From an archaeon (GTDB lineage: Archaea; Asgardarchaeota; Thorarchaeia; Thorarchaeales; Thorarchaeaceae), in the NCBI GenBank assembly GCA_024276825.1, contig JAJRWI010000059.1:1-23541 (forward strand): DNA of 23,541 bases, read 5' to 3'. Below, piece after piece: positions 15,924-23,541 of the stretch. The position numbers and the translations under genes are program-made. The notes under the pieces were generated by a model. The model had not been told where the DNA came from, did not search any database, and saw nothing but the letters and a program-made list of their open reading frames with translations. The first letter of the stretch is position 1; each line of letters starts with the position of its first letter.

Positions 15924-18900
15924 TTGGTATATATTGAGAAGCTTGTATGCAAGGGCTTCAAGTCATTCGGCCGAGACACTGTCACAATTAGACTCAACCC
16001 AGGATTCACCTGTATTGTTGGACCCAATGGGTCTGGAAAGTCTAATGTGGTTGATGCTATTGTCTTTGTACTGGGACAGCTTAGTGCTAAAACATTACGC
16101 GCCAATGTCTTTTCGGATCTATTGTATTCGCCCCCGAAGCCAAACATGCCACCAAAAGCAAAGTCTGCAGCGGTGGAATTGCATTTCAACAACAAAGACA
16201 GAAAGCTTCCAATTAATTCCGATAAAGTTGTGATAATGAGAGAACTGGACGAATCAGGGAGATCAGTATGTAGGATTAATGGAAAGGTTGTATCTAGAAA
16301 CCAAGTGATTGACATATTAGGGCATATTGGTGTTGATCCGAATGGGTACAATCTGGTACTGCAGGGAGAGATTGCGAAGCTTGTTTCAGTGAGTCCTATT
16401 GAGAGAAGAAAACTGATTGAGGAAATAGCAGGTATTTCCGCATACGATGAGCAAAAGGAACGGGCTCTGAAAAAACTTGCAGAGAGTGAGGCAAACCTCG
16501 GCAAGGTCGAAACTCAGCTTCAGGAGAGAAGAAGACAGCTTGAAAAACTGGCTGCAGAGAGAGAAGAAGCCATAAGATACAATCAAATTCAAGATCAGAT
16601 TCAGAAGATTCGAATTGATAGCTTGGCATGGAATATTGTGAAAGCAAAGAAGAGAATTCAGGCGATTGATAAGACCCTGATTGAGAGGGCCCAAGAAGCA
16701 GAGGGGCTAATTCGCAGAATGGAAGAAATTGACAGGGAGATACTGGATACAGAGGCAGAGATTGAGGACATTGACGCAGAAGTAGACCGCATAGCAGGTG
16801 CAGACTCAAAGAGGGTTTCGGAACAATATGGTCTGATAAAAGCAGAGAGAGACCATATTCTTTCCAATCTGGAGAGGGACAAGGAGGCCTTTCAAAGGGT
16901 ATGGGATGAGCGAGAGCAGATTGAGAGAGAACTGTCTAAGCTGCGTGAAGAGATGGAGGAGAAGGAGAGGGAGAAGGATGAGAAGTCATTAAAGCTCGAA
17001 AAACTCGATTTTGAGATACGGGCATGTTCTGATGACATCAGTAGATTAGAGAGAAGACTTGAGAATGAACAGAGTTCTATCATGGACTCCACCGTAAGGC
17101 TTCAGGATCTCAATAAGCAGATGATGGCACTGGATGAAGGCGTCGCTGAGATAAGATCTGCAATCAAGTCAGACAGAAGAGAACTGGGACTGTTATACGA
17201 GGAAACCGAGGATGCAAGGCAGTCCTTACAGCAGGCTCAAGAGATTATCGATGACTTGAATGCCAAGATTCCAGAGAGGAAAAGTGTCCTTAAAGAAATG
17301 GAGGAACTGGAGCAGTCCAAGAGAAAAGAGATGTATGAGGTGGATGAGAAACTAAAGACGATTGATGCAGAGGTCAGAGAAACCGCCAAGGTGATTCAGT
17401 CCACGAGGGAAGAACTTGTCAGATTTGAGGCTCGAAGAGAGGCACTGCGCGATGCAGAGGAGTCATTCTTGAAGAAGCGGAAGGCTATTGCAAGAGTGCT
17501 TGAACTAAGAGATTCAGGAGAGATTACAGGAATTCATGGTACTGTGGCAGAGTTGGGGTCCATTCATCCAGAATATTCCGTGGCTATGGAGATTGCGGCA
17601 GGAAACAGGCTGTCGCATATTGTTGTTGATGATGAAAATGTTGCTACTGAATGTATTAATGTTTTGAAGCGTGAGAGAGTTGGACGGGCATCATTCATTC
17701 CACTCACGAAGATCAAGAGCCGTTCACCCAAGGGCCATATTGATGATGAGGGGGTTATTGGTTATGCAATAGATCTTGTGAGCTTCGACCCCAAGCTTAG
17801 ACCTGCATTCGAGTTTGTGTTCTCTGATACTGTGGTGACCAGTGATTTTGAAACCGCAAAAAGGCTTGGGTTCTCTGGCAGGCGAGCGGTTTCATTAGAA
17901 GGTGATCTTGTTGAGAGGTCAGGACTTGTCACAGGAGGACATTATCACAAGACATCAACAGGGCTATCACTTCAAGTCAAGGACAAGACTCCCGAGATAG
18001 AGGAGAAATTGGCAGGACTTGATAGAATCCTACAGGGTCTGAAAGACCAGCAAGATGAGTTAAGAAAGAGAAGAAAGGTGCTTGATAGAGAGATACAGGA
18101 CCTTTCAAAGAAGATCTATAGGGCCAAGCTTGAGATTGAACGTATGGAGGATACTCTCACCGAAAACAAGAGCAGGGCTGAAGCCCTGAAGAAAAAGATA
18201 GAGAGCAATAATGTATTGATTCAAGGTCTTGAACAGCAGATTGCAGAATTGGAGGAGAGGGACAAAGAGATCACAGCACATCGTGAAACTATTAGAGCTC
18301 AAAGGGACGAGTGTAATGAGGCATTGGCAAAGTCTGATGTTCATGCATTGAATCAGGAGATTAAAGACCTGAAGGAGGTCATTGAGAGTTATCAGTCTGA
18401 AAGGAACGAACTCCAGACCAGAATCAATGAACTGCAGGTCGCAATAGAGCAGAGAATTCTGCCGAAGATAGAGGATTTGGAGAGTAGACTTGTCAGTCTA
18501 AATAAGTCCATCCCCACATTGCAAGAGAGAGTCGAAGCTGCAGAGAGCAGACTTGCAGAGCATGAGAGAAGATTTTCTGAACTTCAAGCAGAAAGGGAAC
18601 GGATTGATAATGCGGTCAAGGACAAACGAGTCCGCCAACTCAGGCTCAAGGAAGACCTTAGAAATCTACGACTGGAGCAGGAAGAGATTCGTGAGAAGCA
18701 GGGGATCAATGAGCGAGCAGTATACAGGCTCAACTCAGAGCGTGGACGTCTAGAGAATGATATTGTTGGTTATACAGCAGAACTTGATGAGATAACGGAT
18801 GCACAGGAGGAAGTTGCCAAGAGAGAAACCCTGCAGGAACTAACACGAAAAGAGATTGATGACATGGGCGACAAGATTCTCGAGTATCAGAGAGAACTCG

Positions 18901-19514
18901 AGGCACTGGGACCCGTCAATCTGAAGGCAATTCAAGAGTATGACTTGGAGAATGAGAAATACGAGGAGATAGTTGATAAAAAGCGACGACTTGAAGAGGA
19001 ACATAAAGAGATCCTTGAATTCATGGAGGAGATTGAAGCAGAGAAGACTCGCAAGTTCCTGCAGGTCTATAATGAGATTGCAGACAACTTCTCCAAGGTG
19101 TTTGCCAAGCTCTCTCCTGGAGGGGAGGCAAGTCTGATGCTTGAGAATCCAGAGCATCCATTGATGGGAGGAATCATAATTCGGTCGAAGCCAAGTGGAA
19201 AGGATCTTGTTACACTTGGTGCCATGAGTGGTGGAGAGAAAACTCTGACTGGTCTTGCATTGATCTTTGCCATCCAGATGCACAGCCCATCAAGTTTCTA
19301 TCTGTTTGATGAGATAGATGCTGCACTTGATGATGTCAATGCCCATAATGTAGCATTGTTGATTAAGGAGATGGCAAAGTCATCTCAGTTCATTGTGGTT
19401 TCGCTTAGAGACACCACTGCGAACAAGGCGGATCTCTTGATTGGCGTATCAAATCAAGATGGCATCTCCCGTATTGTGCCTGTTGATCTTCAGGAGGTGG
19501 CAGTCCCATCATGA
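15924..19514 (+). CDS. smc: Chromosome segregation protein SMC
   Basis: GFKSFG, Walker A GPNGSGKSN, Q-loop VLQGEI, hinge GIHGTVAEL...GRASFIPL...GLVTGG, long coiled coils, LGPVNLKAI, signature MSGGEK and Walker B FYLFDEIDAALD. Confidence 0.97.
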   Translation: MVYIEKLVCKGFKSFGRDTVTIRLNPGFTCIVGPNGSGKSNVVDAIVFVLGQLSAKTLRANVFSDLLYSPPKPNMPPKAKSAAVELHFNNKDRKLPINSDKVVIMRELDESGRSVCRINGKVVSRNQVIDILGHIGVDPNGYNLVLQGEIAKLVSVSPIERRKLIEEIAGISAYDEQKERALKKLAESEANLGKVETQLQERRRQLEKLAAEREEAIRYNQIQDQIQKIRIDSLAWNIVKAKKRIQAIDKTLIERAQEAEGLIRRMEEIDREILDTEAEIEDIDAEVDRIAGADSKRVSEQYGLIKAERDHILSNLERDKEAFQRVWDEREQIERELSKLREEMEEKEREKDEKSLKLEKLDFEIRACSDDISRLERRLENEQSSIMDSTVRLQDLNKQMMALDEGVAEIRSAIKSDRRELGLLYEETEDARQSLQQAQEIIDDLNAKIPERKSVLKEMEELEQSKRKEMYEVDEKLKTIDAEVRETAKVIQSTREELVRFEARREALRDAEESFLKKRKAIARVLELRDSGEITGIHGTVAELGSIHPEYSVAMEIAAGNRLSHIVVDDENVATECINVLKRERVGRASFIPLTKIKSRSPKGHIDDEGVIGYAIDLVSFDPKLRPAFEFVFSDTVVTSDFETAKRLGFSGRRAVSLEGDLVERSGLVTGGHYHKTSTGLSLQVKDKTPEIEEKLAGLDRILQGLKDQQDELRKRRKVLDREIQDLSKKIYRAKLEIERMEDTLTENKSRAEALKKKIESNNVLIQGLEQQIAELEERDKEITAHRETIRAQRDECNEALAKSDVHALNQEIKDLKEVIESYQSERNELQTRINELQVAIEQRILPKIEDLESRLVSLNKSIPTLQERVEAAESRLAEHERRFSELQAERERIDNAVKDKRVRQLRLKEDLRNLRLEQEEIREKQGINERAVYRLNSERGRLENDIVGYTAELDEITDAQEEVAKRETLQELTRKEIDDMGDKILEYQRELEALGPVNLKAIQEYDLENEKYEEIVDKKRRLEEEHKEILEFMEEIEAEKTRKFLQVYNEIADNFSKVFAKLSPGGEASLMLENPEHPLMGGIIIRSKPSGKDLVTLGAMSGGEKTLTGLALIFAIQMHSPSSFYLFDEIDAALDDVNAHNVALLIKEMAKSSQFIVVSLRDTTANKADLLIGVSNQDGISRIVPVDLQEVAVPS

Positions 19515-20224
19515 GTCAAGATGATTTGCCATTCTGGGCTGCACCCCCATTCATATTGTTGACTGATGTCCTTCAGCTCGATAAGGTCGACCCCTGGAAA
19601 GTTGATGTTGGTAAACTGGTGGGGAGCTTCTTAGAAGAGATGAGAAGAGGGGGCGATATTGATTTCAGGGTTTCGGGCAATGCCCTGTATTCAGCCTCTG
19701 TGATATTCATGAGAAAGACGAGGGAACTTGTTAAATTGGGGCTTCTGCCACCAGAGGAGGAAGAAGAGGAGGAAATTCTGGAGATCCCATTGATTCGGCC
19801 CCCATTCCGTCTGACCAATCAACGTGTGACAATAGAGGAACTCCTTGTTGCAATGGACAGGGTTCTTAGCAAAGGCGTAAGGCGACGGAGACCTCCTACC
19901 AAGCGTAGGACCAGGGTCAAGGCGGACCCAATCTCTTTCACAATAGATATTGCAAGGGCGAATATCGAGGATAGCATCGCACGGGTATATGGAGACCTGT
20001 GTGAGATTATGGGGGTTGGCGAAAAAGTCAACTTCATGGACATCCTTGTCAATAATACGAGAGCTGAAGTTGTTAGGATATTCATGGCTTTGCTTCATCT
20101 GTTTGCAAGGGCATATATCGACCTTTGGGTTGATGAGGACGGAGAAATCTGGATTCTGATGATGGAGCCACCCAGAGATGAGGAAACACCGGAAGTAAAA
20201 ACTCCCACTCAGGTGATTGAATGA
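19511..20224 (+). CDS. scpA: Segregation/condensation protein A (kleisin)
   Basis: VDPWKVDV, DFRVSGNALYSASVIFMRKT, RVTIEELLVAM and C-terminal winged helix VVRIFMALLHL. ATGA overlap with smc. Confidence 0.88.
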   Translation: MSQDDLPFWAAPPFILLTDVLQLDKVDPWKVDVGKLVGSFLEEMRRGGDIDFRVSGNALYSASVIFMRKTRELVKLGLLPPEEEEEEEILEIPLIRPPFRLTNQRVTIEELLVAMDRVLSKGVRRRRPPTKRRTRVKADPISFTIDIARANIEDSIARVYGDLCEIMGVGEKVNFMDILVNNTRAEVVRIFMALLHLFARAYIDLWVDEDGEIWILMMEPPRDEETPEVKTPTQVIE

Positions 20225-20769
20225 ATGAGGATATGATCACCTTAGAGGCCGCACTCTATGTATCGGGGCGACCAATGACCATAGAGGAATTATCCGAGTT
20301 AATCGGAAAGGCGCATTCAAGCACAAAAAGACTTCTGGATGACCTTGCTTATGATTACAAGAAGCGGGGTGGGGCGCTCGAGATAGTCGAATTACCCAGA
20401 GAGCGATATGTGCTTCAGTTAATCCCTGAACTCACTCCAAGGGTGGCAAAGTTCATTCCCGGCGGACTTCTGTCATATGCCACATTGCAGACACTAGTAT
20501 TCATTGCTCTGAAACAGCCAATACTGCAGTCTGAACTGGTGGCCCAGAGAGGAACTCACTGCTATGATCATGTGCACGAGCTTATTGAGAAGAAATTTGT
20601 TGAAGCCACACCTGAAGGACGAAGCAAGATATTGAAAACTACACCACTGTTTGCAGACTATTTTGGTCTTGATCAAGACGTTGTCAAGATGAAGGCACAA
20701 TTGAAGTTTAAGATGAAGAAGATGCTAGAGAAGCAGGCGGCTGAAGAAGGAATTGACACTTCTCATTAG
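20221..20769 (+). CDS. scpB: Segregation/condensation protein B (kite)
   Basis: LEAALYVSGRP, LSYATLQTLVFIALKQPI...RG and TTPLFADYFGL. ATGA overlap with scpA. Confidence 0.93.
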   Translation: MNEDMITLEAALYVSGRPMTIEELSELIGKAHSSTKRLLDDLAYDYKKRGGALEIVELPRERYVLQLIPELTPRVAKFIPGGLLSYATLQTLVFIALKQPILQSELVAQRGTHCYDHVHELIEKKFVEATPEGRSKILKTTPLFADYFGLDQDVVKMKAQLKFKMKKMLEKQAAEEGIDTSH

Positions 20770-21779
20770 CATACTCTGGGAACTGGTTCACCATATGGCA
20801 CCTGCATTCGCTTTCTGCCGCCTATTGAGGTCTTCATGACAACTCGGGACTCATCAGCATTTGCAACACCAATCACCTTTGCGTCACGTGTAGCATCATG
20901 TCGCCTGAGGGCCTTGATTATCTCATCTGTATATGATGGATCAACAGCCATGACTGCTGTCCCCTCACAGCTCATATGAAGTGGGTTTAGTCCAAGAATC
21001 TCGCATAGCGAGCTGACAGCTGGACGCACAGGTATCAAAGACTCATCAATCTCAATCTCAACTTGGGACTTGGATGCGAGTTCATTCAGTGCCACTGCAG
21101 TTCCCCCTCTGGTGGGATCTTTCATTGCATGAACACCACCAATATCAAGACAATCGCGAATGGGATTCCACAGTGGAGCCACATCACTCTTCAAGTCGGT
21201 GTCAAACTTCAGACCTTCTCTATGTGCCAGCAGGGTTGTGCCATGATCTCCAATTGGGCCCGTCACGATAATACTATCATTCGGTTGAACTCCGCTATCA
21301 GTGATTGGATCATCTAGATAAGGAACACCTATACCAGTTGTTGACATTATAAGACCGTCAAGAGTGCCTTTGGGCATGACCTTGGTGTCTCCAGCAATCA
21401 TTGCTACACCAAGTGGTTCGATCACAGAGTTCAATGACTGAAGTATCATCCTCATGTCTTCAATCTCAAAACCTTCCTCCACAATCAGAGTGTTTGTCAT
21501 GGCAAGTGGTCTGGCTCCCATGACCGCAAGGTCGTTAATTGTACCGCATGCAGTGAGTGCTCCCAGATCGCCCCCAGGGAAGAACAGGGGATGAACAGTA
21601 TGAGCATCAGTACATACTATCAGTGTCTTTCCATCAGAAAGAAGTGTTGCACCATCATCCATCTCATCTAACCCAATGCTGCCAATCTTTCTACGGCTGA
21701 AGGATGGAATGATTACCTCTTCTAGTAGACGCTGCATTATTCGTCCACCTGCACCGTGTGCAGACTCGATCTTGGCCAC
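20766..21779 (-). CDS. hypE: [NiFe]-hydrogenase maturation protein HypE
   Basis: HGAGG, PLFFPGGDLGAL..GTINDLAVMGARP, GDTKV, MKDPTRGG and C-terminal PRVC. GTG start with GGAGG SD. Confidence 0.95.
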   Translation of the reverse strand: MAKIESAHGAGGRIMQRLLEEVIIPSFSRRKIGSIGLDEMDDGATLLSDGKTLIVCTDAHTVHPLFFPGGDLGALTACGTINDLAVMGARPLAMTNTLIVEEGFEIEDMRMILQSLNSVIEPLGVAMIAGDTKVMPKGTLDGLIMSTTGIGVPYLDDPITDSGVQPNDSIIVTGPIGDHGTTLLAHREGLKFDTDLKSDVAPLWNPIRDCLDIGGVHAMKDPTRGGTAVALNELASKSQVEIEIDESLIPVRPAVSSLCEILGLNPLHMSCEGTAVMAVDPSYTDEIIKALRRHDATRDAKVIGVANADESRVVMKTSIGGRKRMQVPYGEPVPRVC

Positions 21780-21922
21780 AATAATTCCTCCATATGCACT
21801 CTGACGGACCTACTAGGAGTATATGAAAAGGATGATATGAACCAAATGGCGAATTTACCATGAAGTAACATTTAAAACAGTTCAAAGAAGAGCGTGATTG
21901 AACTATCCCAGAGGTAATAATA

Positions 21923-22300
21923 ATGGGTGTCTGGCATCGAAGATCAACAAGAGAGCCAACAGGAGCTCGTAGAAAGCGGTTCAGAAGTAAACGCAAGTAT
22001 GAGATGGGCCGCACTCCAACTGAAACTCTTATGGGAGAGCCAAAGAGGAAAAAGATTGACAGCAAGGGCGTTCACAAAAAGATGCCAGCATTGCGACTCA
22101 AATATGTGAACGTCACTGATCCAAAGAAGAAACAGACTTTTCGTGCAGAGATTCAGGATGTTGAGATGAACCCTGCCAACATGGACTATCAGAGAAGAAA
22201 GGTAATTACCCGTGGGACAATCATTAAGACTTCAAAGGGACGTGCGGTTGTCACCAGCAGACCTGGACAAGATGGCATCCTCAATGCAGTTCTCATCTAA
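21923..22300 (+). CDS. rps8e: 30S ribosomal protein eS8
   Basis: RSTREPTGARR...KRKYEMGR, NPANMDYQRRKVITRGTII and VTSRPGQDGILNAVLI. Confidence 0.97.
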   Translation: MGVWHRRSTREPTGARRKRFRSKRKYEMGRTPTETLMGEPKRKKIDSKGVHKKMPALRLKYVNVTDPKKKQTFRAEIQDVEMNPANMDYQRRKVITRGTIIKTSKGRAVVTSRPGQDGILNAVLI

Positions 22301-22309
22301 TTGTTGAGG

Positions 22310-22693
22310 TCATTCCTCAACCTCGGCCTCAATATTTGTAATAACAAACTCTTTTCCACCAATAATGACTGTAGAGCTGCTGCCACACTCGGGACATTTC
22401 ATTGGAGCGAACAGTGCAAGTTGTGGAGGAAGTTCTGGATCCACTCTGGTCTCACCCTCATAGCCACACTCCTGACACTTGATTCGACCCTTTACCTTTG
22501 TGATCTTCAGAGTTGCCCCCTCAATTATTGTGTCTTTGCTGGCAATCTCAAAGTTGAACTCAAGCTGTTCAGGAATCAGGAATGTAAACTCACCAATCTC
22601 GACATTGACAGAGGTCACTCTCTTCACATTGTGACTCTCTGCTGCCGCCACCGCTGCATCGACAATTGAACAGGCCGCTGAGAACTCGTGCAT
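22310..22693 (-). CDS. hypA: Hydrogenase nickel incorporation protein HypA
   Basis: N-terminal MHEFS Ni motif, CQEC and CPEC Zn sites, GGKEFVITNIE. Confidence 0.95.
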   Translation of the reverse strand: MHEFSAACSIVDAAVAAAESHNVKRVTSVNVEIGEFTFLIPEQLEFNFEIASKDTIIEGATLKITKVKGRIKCQECGYEGETRVDPELPPQLALFAPMKCPECGSSSTVIIGGKEFVITNIEAEVEE

Positions 22694-22825
22694 TGGAGAT
22701 CATCAAGATGGACCTGCCAACTGGAGTTAAGGCGTTTTTGTTATGGCTAATTGCACTAGCACCTTTTATTAGAGAGATGTGTTATTGGAGAATCTGAGGA
22801 TTCTCTAGTCTTGGGAGGTACAAGA

Positions 22826-23491
22826 TTGCCAAAGTCAACAAGTAAGAAGTCAATTGCTAAAAAGACAAAGTCTACAAAGACTGCCCCAAAGAAAACTAAG
22901 ACTAAGAAGAAAGAAGAGAAACCAAAAAAGAGGATCACCAAGACGGAGAAAGAGAAGAAGATCAAGAAGACTGAAACAAAGGCTGCAAAGAAAAAGGGAA
23001 CTAAAAAGACAACAAAGAAGGCCAAAGAAACAAAGCGCAAGAAGCCTGCTAAAAAGAGTTCTAAGATGAGAGCCACAAAGAACAAAGCAAAGACCAGAAA
23101 GCGAAAGACTGCAAAGGCGAGAGGGGAACTCGAAGAACTATTGAGTGAAACTCGAAGTGATGATGAACAGATCGTGATTGGAGCGATTGACCGATTGGGA
23201 GAGATCAAGGATCCAAAGGCAACCGAGTACCTCATTCGATGTCTGAAAGACCCAAGAATGATGGTCAGACAGTTTGCCGCTGTTCAACTGGGTGAGCGTC
23301 AAGACAAGACTGCCGTGGATGCTCTGATTGAACTCTTGCATGATGATCTCATTCTGGTAAGACAGACTGCAGCTGGAGCATTGGAAAATATTGGTGGAAA
23401 AAAGGCACTAACTGCAGTGAAGAAGGCAGAGGCGGAAGGACTATTGTTTGATGAACTTCCAGAGGGAATCAAACTCAAGCGACGAGATTAG
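22826..23491 (+). CDS. Lys-rich (histone H1-like) N-terminal region fused to PBS-lyase-type HEAT repeats
   Basis: About 95-aa K/T/A-rich tail (KKTKSTKTAPKKTKTKKK...), then HEAT units (AIDRLGEI..PKATEYLIRCLKD, VRQFAAVQLGE, VRQTAAGALENIG). GGAGGT at 22814-22819 favours TTG 22826 over 22811. Confidence 0.8.
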   Translation: MPKSTSKKSIAKKTKSTKTAPKKTKTKKKEEKPKKRITKTEKEKKIKKTETKAAKKKGTKKTTKKAKETKRKKPAKKSSKMRATKNKAKTRKRKTAKARGELEELLSETRSDDEQIVIGAIDRLGEIKDPKATEYLIRCLKDPRMMVRQFAAVQLGERQDKTAVDALIELLHDDLILVRQTAAGALENIGGKKALTAVKKAEAEGLLFDELPEGIKLKRRD

Positions 23492-23541
23492 GTCTTACTT
23501 TTATATATGGGAAGACCAGACAATGGCTGTCAGGTGATTCT

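Noticed and set aside
15782-16504. 240-aa minus-strand ORF and other antisense ORFs within smc
   Set aside because: Shadow ORFs antisense to a clearly conserved gene; their Ser/Leu/Phe-rich composition is typical of the reverse complement.
15924-20769. SMC operon as a Wadjet/MksBEF-type defence system
   Set aside because: Canonical long SMC with hinge and ScpA/ScpB, and no JetD/MksG nuclease nearby; consistent with housekeeping condensin.
21691-22669. Overlapping ORFs 21691..22065 (-) and 22301..22669 (+)
   Set aside because: Antisense to rps8e and hypA respectively; no independent evidence.
22756-23235. 159-aa Phe/Leu-rich 'membrane protein' on the minus strand
   Set aside because: An artefact of the reverse complement of AAG/AAA lysine codons.
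23120-23491. HEAT/PBS-lyase domain as deoxyhypusine hydroxylase (dys is in the same window)
   Set aside because: It lacks the His-Glu iron-binding motifs (VRHE); it has VRQF and VRQT instead, and too few repeats.
1-23541. CRISPR arrays, tRNA/rRNA genes, transposases, integrases
   Set aside because: No regularly spaced repeats, cloverleaf motifs or mobile-element ORFs were seen by eye; intergenic gaps are short.

Overview
This is a gene-dense archaeal chromosomal segment, most likely from an Asgard archaeon (Thorarchaeia-like). That placement is inferred from gene content: a Sec23/Sec24-type Zn-finger/vWA protein, four roadblock/LC7 proteins, MglA and Ras/Rab-like small GTPases, eL33/eS8/uL16 and SMC-ScpAB. 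Housekeeping genes are a DRG-type GTPase, trmJ, rpl10e, deoxyhypusine synthase, rpl35ae, a LipS1-type radical SAM protein, ADP-forming acyl-CoA synthetase alpha/beta, uppS, smc-scpA-scpB, hypE, rps8e and hypA. They surround a ~5 kb cluster (10652-15742) of eukaryotic-signature signalling/trafficking genes: MglA plus an MglB-like roadblock, a nonsense-disrupted Ras/Rab-like GTPase, a roadblock pair, a Sec23/24-like protein and a fourth roadblock. Four signals are not explained by the ORF track. (1) A well-formed C/D-box sRNA at 4501-4576 has a D guide complementary to LSU rRNA helix 69, at the position equivalent to the eukaryotic snR63/SNORD46 site. (2) A GC-rich hairpin plus a Pro-rich uORF overlaps the deoxyhypusine synthase start. 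(3) One protein is apparently built of four tandem AAA-lid/histone-fold-like repeats. (4) Another protein fuses a histone-H1-like Lys-rich tail to HEAT repeats. No tRNA, rRNA, CRISPR array or mobile element was seen.
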